From positions 23,290 to 87,289 of the forward strand of contig CALJIF010000055.1 of assembly GCA_937974275.1 (NCBI GenBank): a DNA stretch of 64,000 nt, written 5' to 3'. This stretch comes from an uncultured Flavobacteriales bacterium (GTDB lineage: Bacteria > Bacteroidota > Bacteroidia > Palsa-965). Position 1 is the first letter of the stretch; each line of letters starts with the position of its first letter. Shown piece by piece: positions 10,911 to 20,997 of this stretch. The position numbers and the translations under genes are program-made. The notes beneath the pieces are model-generated. The model saw only the letters and a list, made by a program, of their open reading frames with translations, did no database searches and was not told the origin of the DNA.

Positions 10911-11606
10911 ATGAATAGAGATCTTACCAATGCCATACGCTATGTAATGGATGAATGGATTCCGCCGGTAGTGCGTGACAGCCGCTGGTTTATGTATCCG
11001 TTTTTCTGGCTTGCGTATCGTGGACGCAACATTAGCGAAGTGATGGATTTTAAAAGTCGTGTTTACAGCTTCACTCCGGAAGATTATGACCGCTTTTACA
11101 ATAATCTCAATACCATTTCACGCAACCGTATTACCGATATCAATAAGCCGAGCTTGGCCTTTATTCTGGATAACATTGATCCTTCAGCCGAATCGCTGAT
11201 TGATGTTGGATCCGGGAATGGTTATTTATTGCGTACTATTCGCGAACGTCATCCGAATCTCCAACTCACAGCTTTCGATATCAAAGACAAGGACGACTCA
11301 ACCGAGTACACTTACGTTAAAGGCAATATCGAACAAATGCCTTTCCCCGATAAATCGTTTGATGTTGTAACCTGCAGCCATACGGTAGAGCATTTGCTCA
11401 AGCTGGAGCAATGTATGAAAGAGCTTGTGCGCATTGCCCGTAAGCAAGTGTTCATAGTTACGCCCTGTCAGCGTTACTACTATTATACACTGGATGAGCA
11501 CGTAAATTTTTTTCCGTTCAAAGAAAAATTAACTTCTGCAATTCCACTCACCAAATACGAGTGCCATAAACTTAATGGCGATTGGGTATATCTTGGCAAG
11601 CCGTAA
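10911..11606 (+). CDS. class I SAM-dependent methyltransferase
   Basis: Motif I DVGSGNGYLL and motif post-I/II FDVVTCSHTVEHL, within the glycosyltransferase operon. Confidence 0.8.
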   Translation: MNRDLTNAIRYVMDEWIPPVVRDSRWFMYPFFWLAYRGRNISEVMDFKSRVYSFTPEDYDRFYNNLNTISRNRITDINKPSLAFILDNIDPSAESLIDVGSGNGYLLRTIRERHPNLQLTAFDIKDKDDSTEYTYVKGNIEQMPFPDKSFDVVTCSHTVEHLLKLEQCMKELVRIARKQVFIVTPCQRYYYYTLDEHVNFFPFKEKLTSAIPLTKYECHKLNGDWVYLGKP

Positions 11607-11618
11607 GCTTCATTACAA

Positions 11619-13208
11619 ATGAAACTCCGCATACCCCGAAAAGCGCAATACAATATTGCCGAGATAGTTTTTTTCGGCGTAATGCTGTTTGTTGTTGCGA
11701 TTCCAATCACCTCCGGGAATTGGTTTGTTACCGAGGACGGTGCTTCGCACAGTTACAATGCAGGTGTATTGTACAATTTACTTTCGGGTAATGATGATTT
11801 TCTGGGGCAGTATTACAAGATCAACACAGTGCCTTCGCCAAACTGGCTGGGGCACTTGCTGCTGGCCTACACAGGGCATTGGTTTGGAGTGGCAGCCGGA
11901 GCCAAAATTCTGCATCTCACCTATATCGTAGGTTTTGCCCTGGCATTCCGGCAACTCATGTTTACGGTTTCGCCGCAGCCGCGTTTAATGAGTTACCTGG
12001 TCTTTCCTCTAATTTATAATGAGGTTTTCCTTTTTGGTTTTTACAACTATTGTCTGGGCATGGTATTCATGCTGGTTGTAATGAACAGCTGGCTTAGGTT
12101 TGTGACAAACCCTTCGTGGTGGCGCGCGTGGTGGCTTTTAATTGCATTAACGCTGCTTTGGTTTTCGCATCAGCTTACTTGGGCATTTGCCGGGCTGTTT
12201 GTTTTTTGCCATCTGCTTTATCTTCTTATTACTCAAAAGCAGTTTTTTTCAGTATTAAAAAAAGGAATAGTTGCACTAGCGATTTCTTTACCGTCGCTTA
12301 TTTGTCTGTTTATTTACATGGCAAACGGAGGAGGAGGTTCGGGAATGCACTTTGTTACATTATCAAAAAGATGGAGTGATTTTTCAGATGGTTCTTTTTT
12401 TCGGATTTATTTTGGTCAGGAGGATGCACTGGGGATATGCTTTCTGTTGCTGTTAGCTGCGCTGGCTGTTGCAGGTGCTGTTCGCCATTACCTATTACGG
12501 AGAAGTTACGTTACGGACTTATCAAATCAAAAACTATTCTGGCTGATAATCTTTGTATTGTCTTTTCTGATCATGTTGTTTATGCCCGAAGCGATTGGTA
12601 ACGGCGGGGTGATCGGCATACGAGTAGTATGGATTGCTATAGTTTTTCTGATGATACTGGTAGCTCAATTTCGTTTGTCATCGCGTTTGGGGGCTGCCGC
12701 GGGTGCAGTTTCGGTATTACTTGGGGTGCTGCATATCGCTTATTTCAAACCTTCTTTATTGGATTACAACCTTGATGCACATGCGGCACGTGATGCCGGG
12801 AAATATATCCGGGATAAATCTACAGTACTTGTGTTGCCATTTACTTACAAATGGTTGCACCTGCACATTGGTCAATATGCCATTGCAGGACGCGAAGTGG
12901 TTTTGCTTGATAATTACGAAGCACAGCACAACTACTTTCCGATTGAATGGAATTACGAAAAACTGCCTCACAATTATCAGCTTGCATCATTAAGCTGGCC
13001 TGCGGTAACTTGTGCCTGGCGCTGGCCGGAAATGAAAAACAAACCCGCGAAGCAGGCAGATTACATTATGATTGTTGGCGATTTGAATAATGAAGGTACC
13101 GGCGATCCCGTTTGCCGCACAAAAATTTCCTGCGCAATGGATTCACTCGATTACAGGGCAATATTTAAGCGGAACGAAATTACGCTGTATGAGTATATGC
13201 CCGATTAG
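11619..13208 (+). CDS. polytopic membrane protein, paralog A (uncharacterised; possible GT-C-like)
   Basis: 529 aa with about 11 TM helices followed by a ~130-aa C-terminal soluble domain. Has an N-terminal DGASHSYNAGVLY motif. Clear paralog of the next gene. Confidence 0.6.
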   Translation: MKLRIPRKAQYNIAEIVFFGVMLFVVAIPITSGNWFVTEDGASHSYNAGVLYNLLSGNDDFLGQYYKINTVPSPNWLGHLLLAYTGHWFGVAAGAKILHLTYIVGFALAFRQLMFTVSPQPRLMSYLVFPLIYNEVFLFGFYNYCLGMVFMLVVMNSWLRFVTNPSWWRAWWLLIALTLLWFSHQLTWAFAGLFVFCHLLYLLITQKQFFSVLKKGIVALAISLPSLICLFIYMANGGGGSGMHFVTLSKRWSDFSDGSFFRIYFGQEDALGICFLLLLAALAVAGAVRHYLLRRSYVTDLSNQKLFWLIIFVLSFLIMLFMPEAIGNGGVIGIRVVWIAIVFLMILVAQFRLSSRLGAAAGAVSVLLGVLHIAYFKPSLLDYNLDAHAARDAGKYIRDKSTVLVLPFTYKWLHLHIGQYAIAGREVVLLDNYEAQHNYFPIEWNYEKLPHNYQLASLSWPAVTCAWRWPEMKNKPAKQADYIMIVGDLNNEGTGDPVCRTKISCAMDSLDYRAIFKRNEITLYEYMPD

Positions 13209-13307
13209 CCGTTAAACACGTCCAAACTTTGATTTTCCCTCTCATGAGTACAAGTTTAACGTAAGTATTTAATAAGAGTATCTGGTGATACTTAATTTAT
13301 CACACAC

Positions 13308-14906
13308 ATGTCTATATTCATACCCGAAAAATTGTTACGTTCAGACAGATTCAGAAACCGGATCGAAGTTATTTTCTTTTGCGGAGTAACTTTATTCCTA
13401 CTCAATCCGCTCTCTGCTTCAAAATGGTTTCTTACACTCGATGGGGCGGCGCACAGCTACAATGCGAGTGTGTTGTATAAACTTGTGTTTGGCAATGATG
13501 ATTTTTTAAATCAGTTTTTTTCAGTGAACACATTGCCTTCCCCAAATTGGACCGGGCATATACTACTAGCTTTTTTCAATGAATGGTTTGGAATTGCATT
13601 GGCAGCTAAAATTGTTCATTTGCTTTATGGGGTCGGACTTGTATTTGCTTTCCGTTGGTTGATGTTTGTAGTTTCTCCTTATCCGCGAATAATGAGTTAC
13701 CTGATTTTTCCAATCGTGCTGACTTTAGTTTTCCAGCTGGGGTTCTACAATTTTTGCTTTGGAGTGGTTTTTATGTTACTGGGAATAACTGCCTGGCTTA
13801 AGTATTCTCCTAGTACCCGGTGGCCCAATGTATTACTACTTCTAGTATTGTTTACTGCGGGTTGGTTTTCGCATCAGCTTTCTTGGTTGTTTACAGGACT
13901 TTTTGTGTTTATTTCTCTTACAGTTAAGATGATTGGTCAACGCAACCTCAGACAATTATTACAGCCTTTGATGATCGCGGTTTTCAGCTTTTCACCTTCA
14001 CTTATTTTTTTTACAATTTACACATTGGGGAAATCCGCATCTACCGGGTTTAAATTCGATCCGATAGCAACTAGGTTGGATTTCTTTTTCAGTATGCATT
14101 CGGCACATATACTAACACAATCCGTAAAGCCACTGTACGAATTACTAGCGGTAATTATTTTGGCGGTAATTGTAATTGGTGTAATAAATACGTACATATT
14201 AAGCAAGAACGCAAATAGGGAAGCGAGATCGTTGACTTTGCTTCTGGCAATATTTACTGCATTGTGTTTTGGTGCCGTTTTACTCTTTCCAGAAGAAGCA
14301 GGTGGTGGCGGAATTTTTGGTGTACGAGTAGAGTGGATTACTTGGATTTTTTTGCTGGTGATTGTTGCCAGATTGCGATATCCAAAGCAGTGGCTGTATT
14401 CCTTCGCTGTAGTCGCCGTATTTATTACGCTTAGCAAAAATCTCCTGATAAAGGACCAAGCCGAACATTTGAATAACAATGTGCATGCTATTACTGAAGC
14501 AGGCAATTACATCCGCGAAAGGAGCACTATTGTTGTTTACTCCTTTTCGGATGAAGTACTTGATTTTCATTCAGGTGAGTATGCCATTGCGGGACGAGAT
14601 GTTGCACTGCTTAATAATTATGAAACCGCACAGGAATATTTTCCGTTAAAAAATAACGACTCCCAATTCCCCTATCGTTTTACCCTTGCTTCATATGATC
14701 CGCAGGAATTGCATTGCTTGAATGGATGGAAAACGGAAAAAAGTAAACCTACCCGACAAATAGATTATGTAATGTTTGTAGGTAACATCAACAACAATAA
14801 AGACACCTTGTGTACGCACAAATTAATGTCAGCAATGGACTCGCTCAATTATGAGGTCGTTTATAGGAAAAGACATGTTGTTCTCTACGAACATCAGCCC
14901 GAATAA
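13308..14906 (+). CDS. polytopic membrane protein, paralog B (uncharacterised; possible GT-C-like)
   Basis: 532 aa, alignable with paralog A along the full length (DGAAHSYNASVLY, SPNWTGH, MSYLIFP…). The C-terminal motif AMDSLNYEVVYRKRHVVLYE matches AMDSLDYRAIFKRNEITLYE in paralog A. Confidence 0.6.
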   Translation: MSIFIPEKLLRSDRFRNRIEVIFFCGVTLFLLNPLSASKWFLTLDGAAHSYNASVLYKLVFGNDDFLNQFFSVNTLPSPNWTGHILLAFFNEWFGIALAAKIVHLLYGVGLVFAFRWLMFVVSPYPRIMSYLIFPIVLTLVFQLGFYNFCFGVVFMLLGITAWLKYSPSTRWPNVLLLLVLFTAGWFSHQLSWLFTGLFVFISLTVKMIGQRNLRQLLQPLMIAVFSFSPSLIFFTIYTLGKSASTGFKFDPIATRLDFFFSMHSAHILTQSVKPLYELLAVIILAVIVIGVINTYILSKNANREARSLTLLLAIFTALCFGAVLLFPEEAGGGGIFGVRVEWITWIFLLVIVARLRYPKQWLYSFAVVAVFITLSKNLLIKDQAEHLNNNVHAITEAGNYIRERSTIVVYSFSDEVLDFHSGEYAIAGRDVALLNNYETAQEYFPLKNNDSQFPYRFTLASYDPQELHCLNGWKTEKSKPTRQIDYVMFVGNINNNKDTLCTHKLMSAMDSLNYEVVYRKRHVVLYEHQPE

Positions 14907-15004
14907 ATAGCTCGTGTGAACAGCAACTATCTGCATCCGTGGCTTAAATAGCAACAACAGGTTGAAATTGCTTTCTACTGCGATACAAGTCGATCAGCAT
15001 ATAC

Positions 15005-15634
15005 CTAATGCGGAACAATAATCTCGTTCGACTTAACCAGGCAGCCGGGAAGATTCCATTTTAACTTAAACTTTGAATAATCGACTACTGTTCCCGCACA
15101 ATTCAATCGTTGTTGCATTGCGTTCTTCTTAACAATATAAGCTTCGCCGTTCCAGATGACATTTAAAATCTTGTTAACGGCATTGGATTGCATAACAGAA
15201 GTATCAGTAGCGAGTCGCAAACCAATTTGATTGTTCAGCTCATCCATTACAGAACCTAACGAATCGGGTCGGGCGCCATCTTCCATTCGTCCTTTTTTAA
15301 ATTGGTGGTAATTTCCTTTCTCATGCGCAATTCCCAAGTTCTTCGCTGCATCCTGTCGTATTGACGTACCCAGTAAATACATCCAGTAAATGTGTCGGAA
15401 AGCGTCTAACTGTCCGCCGTTACTATCGTATAACACACCTTTTCGTTCCAACGAATCGCAAACAACGCGAGTACGTTCTGCACACCGTTTCGCTTTACCT
15501 GCTAAAAACGGATGAGCCATCACCCAACGTCTTTCGTATTTAGAAAGTTGTTTCAGTTTCACCTGATGTTGCGCAACACAGTTTGTGCTAACTAACGTCA
15601 GTACAAGAACAACGATGTATTGAATACCATTCAT
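15005..15634 (-). CDS. secreted hypothetical protein
   Basis: Start chosen at the internal Met that gives a signal peptide (MNGIQYIVVLVLTLVSTNCVAQ). The longer ORF to 15805 would overlap alkB. Confidence 0.5.
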   Translation of the reverse strand: MNGIQYIVVLVLTLVSTNCVAQHQVKLKQLSKYERRWVMAHPFLAGKAKRCAERTRVVCDSLERKGVLYDSNGGQLDAFRHIYWMYLLGTSIRQDAAKNLGIAHEKGNYHQFKKGRMEDGARPDSLGSVMDELNNQIGLRLATDTSVMQSNAVNKILNVIWNGEAYIVKKNAMQQRLNCAGTVVDYSKFKLKWNLPGCLVKSNEIIVPH

Positions 15635-15717
15635 ACGCAAGTCGAAGGTTAATTCGCGGAAAACAAAACCGTCTTCGAATCTGTTTACTTTGCGAATACT
15701 GCATGTGAAGTTACCAA

Positions 15718-16302
15718 ATGCATAAGATATCCGGTCAACATGAATTTGTCGAGTTTCGCGAACTTTTTTTCTCTCCGGAAAAAGCTGATGATTATTTGCA
15801 ATCATTAGTTCAAGAAGTGCATTGGCAGGAGCAACACATCACACTTTTCGGCAAGCAAGTTATGCAACCTCGTCTTACGGCTTGGTATGCCGATGTCGGA
15901 CTTTCATACACATACAGCAAAACTACCTTTCACCCGATGAAGTGGATTCCGATATTGGAAGAATTAAAAAACGTTGTAAGCACAACGATTAATACTCCTT
16001 TCAACAGCGTCCTCTGTAACTTATATCGCAACGGCAGCGACAGTATGGGTTGGCACAGCGATGATGAAAAAGAACTGGGATTAGATCCGATCATCGCATC
16101 TTTAAGTTTCGGTGCTGAACGTAAATTTTCGTTGCGCCATAAACAAACGCGATTAACTGAATCGTTGATACTTTCTCATGGATCTTTACTTATCATGAAG
16201 CCGGGTTGTCAATCGGTTTATCAGCATGCAGTGCCCAAAACGGGCAAATTGTGCGGACCGCGCGTTAACCTGACATTCCGCCAAATACACCCGGCGCAGT
16301 AA
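15718..16302 (+). CDS. alkB: alpha-ketoglutarate-dependent dioxygenase AlkB (DNA/RNA alkylation repair)
   Basis: 2OG-Fe(II) oxygenase signature (WHSDDE…RVNLTFRQI, HxD…H). Confidence 0.8.
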   Translation: MHKISGQHEFVEFRELFFSPEKADDYLQSLVQEVHWQEQHITLFGKQVMQPRLTAWYADVGLSYTYSKTTFHPMKWIPILEELKNVVSTTINTPFNSVLCNLYRNGSDSMGWHSDDEKELGLDPIIASLSFGAERKFSLRHKQTRLTESLILSHGSLLIMKPGCQSVYQHAVPKTGKLCGPRVNLTFRQIHPAQ

Positions 16303-16408
16303 CCATTTATCGTTTAAAATGCTCCAATTAACTAAATGCAATACCAATTGGTATGCGAGAAACGTTATATGGCATAGAATTAGCATAAGTAGCATAAAAC
16401 GTAGCACT

Positions 16409-16639
16409 ATGGATACGATGTCAACAGAAATGGCGTACGAACGGGTACAGAAAGCGATTGGTTCCAGCATTAATTTGTTGCAACTGGCTTCCGCCGAACG
16501 AATGATCAATTTGTTCCGAAATATGCATTCGCGCCCCGATTTGATCGAAAAACTGAACTATCAGTATTTGCTCAAAGCGTCAGAACTTCATTTTGAAGAA
16601 TGGAACAAAAACGAAGAAAATAACGCCAACGCAGCCTAA
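16409..16639 (+). CDS. small hypothetical helical protein (76 aa)
   Basis: ORF followed by a strong intrinsic terminator. The start is ambiguous (MDTMSTEMAYE) and no similarity was recognised. Confidence 0.3.
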   Translation: MDTMSTEMAYERVQKAIGSSINLLQLASAERMINLFRNMHSRPDLIEKLNYQYLLKASELHFEEWNKNEENNANAA

Positions 16640-16660
16640 ACCGGCTGATAAAGTATGCAA

Positions 16661-16686
16661 CGGCAGTCGAAAGGCTGCCGTTTTTT
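16661..16686 (+). terminator. intrinsic terminator
   Basis: Hairpin CGGCAGTC-gaaa-GGCTGCCG followed by TTTTTT. Confidence 0.7.
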
Positions 16687-16702
16687 GTTGGTTGCCCACT
16701 AA

Positions 16703-18397
<1,695 letters not shown>

Positions 18398-18431
18398 TTC
18401 ATCCAAATAGAGCGCAGAATTAACTAACTTA

Positions 18432-18458
18432 AGGGCATGAAAAATGCCCTTTTCTTTT
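18432..18458 (+). terminator. intrinsic terminator-like hairpin overlapping the M1 peptidase start codon
   Basis: AGGGCAT-gaaaa-ATGCCCT followed by TTTCTTTT. The ATG at 18437 lies inside the 5' arm. Confidence 0.55.
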
Positions 18459-20866
18459 GCAGTCTTTTTATCGTTGCGTTCTTACACGCGCAGCAGCAAC
18501 GTCCTGTTTGCCACCATCGTCATGCACCCTATACCCATCACAACACACAACCGGCAGCTACCAACGAACGTAGCGACACGTTGAATGTATTGCACTACAT
18601 GATTCATCTGAACATGACCGATTTCACGACGAACACTATCGCCGGTTACACCGATGTTCAGTTGACTCCGTTAATGAATAATATCACTACGGTTTCGCTT
18701 GATTTGCTGGAACTCACCGTTGATTCGGTCACACTGAATCAGCAAAGCATCAATTACAGCTATAACGACACACTGATCATCGCATCATTGCCCAACGCAA
18801 TCAATGTGTCTGACACCATTCAATTGCGTGTGTACTATCACGGCAATCCTCAAACCGATGCTTCCGGATGGGGCGGATTTTATTATTCCAGCGGCTATGC
18901 TTTTAATCTTGGAGTTGGATTTGATGCCAATCCGCACAACTACGGTCGTGTGTGGTTTCCATGCTTCGACAATTTTGTTGAACGTAGCAAGTACACGTTT
19001 CATATTGGCACAAACAATAACCGAATTGCATATTGCAATGGAACATTAACATCGGATACTACAGATGCCAACAGTGTTCGGTGGAGAACATGGTACATGA
19101 ATGAAGAAATTCCAACGTATCTCGCATCAGTTGCTGTGGCTCCCTACACACAAGTCAACTGGACACACAACGGTGTTAACGGTCCAATTCCTATTGTATT
19201 AACTGCATTGCCTGCCGATACCACCGGAATGAAAAATTCTTTCGTGCATTTGCCGGATGCGATCGATGCGTTTGAAGCACGCTATTACCAACACATGTGG
19301 AATCGTGTAGGATTTTGTTTGGTGCCTTTCAGCAGCGGAGCAATGGAACACGCCACAAACATTGCTTATCCGCGTTTAGCAGCAAACGGTTCGTTGACAT
19401 ATGAAACATTAATGGCGCACGAACTATCGCACCATTGGTTCGGTGATTTGGCTACGTGCAGAACGGCAGAAGATATGTGGCTGAACGAAGGTTGGGCATC
19501 CTATTCGGAATATTTGTTTCTCGAATGGGTGTATGGCATTAACAATTATCGCGCAGGAATTTTAGCCAATCATGATGATGTTGTTCACTTTGCTCACTTG
19601 CGCGAAAACGGATTCCGTGCAGTTTCCGGAGTTCCACACAATTATACCTATGGCGATCATGTGTATTTGAAAGGCGCAGATGTAGCGCATACGTTACGCG
19701 GCTATATGGGCGATTCGCTGTTCTTCGCAGGATTACGTTATCATTTATCGCAAAGTGAATACAAAGATGTGAGTAGTGCGGACTTCCGTGATAACTTAAT
19801 TACGGCAACGGGCTTAACTTATCTGAACGATTTTTTCAACGATTGGGTTTTTAACGGAGGTTTTCCGCAATTCTCAACAGATTCCGTAACTGCATTGCCG
19901 GTGGGAAATTCGTTTGACGTTACTGTTTATGTAAAACAAAAGTTGCGTGGAGCTCCAAACTATTTTACGAACGTACCACTCGATTTCACGTTCTTCAGCG
20001 CGAATGGAGACACCATCAATGAACGACGATTTGTTAGTGGCCCTCTGGCAACATTCACCACTTCCCTACCCTTTCAACCTGTTTATACTGCCGTTGATTT
20101 CAATGAAAAAATATCCGATGCAATCAGCGATGAACATCGAGTAATCGGAGCAACCGGTCAGTTTGTGTATACACATGCACGATGCACATTAACAGTAAAC
20201 AACATCAGTGATACGGCATTGGTGCGAATAGAACATAACTGGGTTGCACCGGATACGATTAAAAATAACGTTAACAATTTTAGAATTTCATCCGAACGTT
20301 ATTGGAATATTGACGGCGTATTACCAACCACATTTTATGCAAAAGCACGATTATATTACGATGGAAGAACCACAAGCACAGCAGGCCCTTCCCAATGGTT
20401 AGATCACGATTTGATGCCGGTTAATCAAGATTCAATCATTTTGTTGTATCGCAGAAATGCTGCTGATGATTGGCGCGAATGGCCTTATTACACCAAGACT
20501 CGTATTGGTTCCGCGACAACTTCTAAGTATGGATATGTAGAAGTTGATTCACTTGCTTTAGGGCAATACACTTTCGCCTGCGGGGTTTCATCTGTAGTTG
20601 GATTACAAGAAGAATCATTAGTTGATAACGGATTTGTGATTTATCCGAATCCGGCAAATGAACAAGTTGTAATTACAAATTCAGATCCTGCAGTCCGGAC
20701 CGAAACAGTGGAAATACTGGATGCTCTTGGACTATTGGTTCTTTCTGCACAAGTTAATGCAAGCACTTCAGTAATTTCAGTTGCTGCTCTTCCGACAGGT
20801 ATGTACTTTGTCCGTATCACCACGAATCAAGGTGTGGAACTGAAAAAGTTGAATATTGTCCGTTAA
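18437..20866 (+). CDS. M1 family zinc aminopeptidase with T9SS C-terminal sorting domain
   Basis: GAMEH exopeptidase motif, HELSHHWFG…(18 aa)…WLNEGWA zinc-binding motif and a signal peptide. The C-terminal tail (…YPNPANEQVVI…MYFVRITTNQGVELKKLNIVR) resembles a T9SS CTD. Confidence 0.85.
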   Translation: MKNALFFCSLFIVAFLHAQQQRPVCHHRHAPYTHHNTQPAATNERSDTLNVLHYMIHLNMTDFTTNTIAGYTDVQLTPLMNNITTVSLDLLELTVDSVTLNQQSINYSYNDTLIIASLPNAINVSDTIQLRVYYHGNPQTDASGWGGFYYSSGYAFNLGVGFDANPHNYGRVWFPCFDNFVERSKYTFHIGTNNNRIAYCNGTLTSDTTDANSVRWRTWYMNEEIPTYLASVAVAPYTQVNWTHNGVNGPIPIVLTALPADTTGMKNSFVHLPDAIDAFEARYYQHMWNRVGFCLVPFSSGAMEHATNIAYPRLAANGSLTYETLMAHELSHHWFGDLATCRTAEDMWLNEGWASYSEYLFLEWVYGINNYRAGILANHDDVVHFAHLRENGFRAVSGVPHNYTYGDHVYLKGADVAHTLRGYMGDSLFFAGLRYHLSQSEYKDVSSADFRDNLITATGLTYLNDFFNDWVFNGGFPQFSTDSVTALPVGNSFDVTVYVKQKLRGAPNYFTNVPLDFTFFSANGDTINERRFVSGPLATFTTSLPFQPVYTAVDFNEKISDAISDEHRVIGATGQFVYTHARCTLTVNNISDTALVRIEHNWVAPDTIKNNVNNFRISSERYWNIDGVLPTTFYAKARLYYDGRTTSTAGPSQWLDHDLMPVNQDSIILLYRRNAADDWREWPYYTKTRIGSATTSKYGYVEVDSLALGQYTFACGVSSVVGLQEESLVDNGFVIYPNPANEQVVITNSDPAVRTETVEILDALGLLVLSAQVNASTSVISVAALPTGMYFVRITTNQGVELKKLNIVR

Positions 20867-20933
20867 ACAAAACAATTGTTAGTCCATATTCAACACTTAT
20901 CCAGCTCTATCCGGCAAATAAAAAGTATCCGTG

Positions 20934-20959
20934 AAAGCGCATGTTTCATGCGCTTTTTT
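20934..20959 (+). terminator. intrinsic terminator
   Basis: AAAGCGCATG-ttt-CATGCGCTTT followed by TTTTTT, downstream of the M1 peptidase gene. Confidence 0.7.
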
Positions 20960-20964
20960 CACAC

Positions 20965-20972
20965 TACATTTG
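20965..20972 (+). promoter_or_regulatory. -7 element TAcaTTTG upstream of the A2M gene
   Basis: Exact TAnnTTTG, 26 bp upstream of the ATG at 20998 and just downstream of the preceding terminator. Confidence 0.4.
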
Positions 20973-20997
20973 ATCCATAACAAGCCACAAACAACCT

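Noticed and set aside
11582-12379. ORFs 11582-11791, 11689-11931 and 12116-12379 in alternative frames of membrane paralog A
   Set aside because: They overlap the strongly supported 529-aa membrane protein gene whose paralog follows. Cys and Arg-rich translations are typical of out-of-frame reads.
15635-15805. Long N-terminal extension of the minus-strand secreted protein gene
   Set aside because: It would overlap alkB by ~90 bp in a head-to-head arrangement. The internal Met gives a canonical signal peptide.
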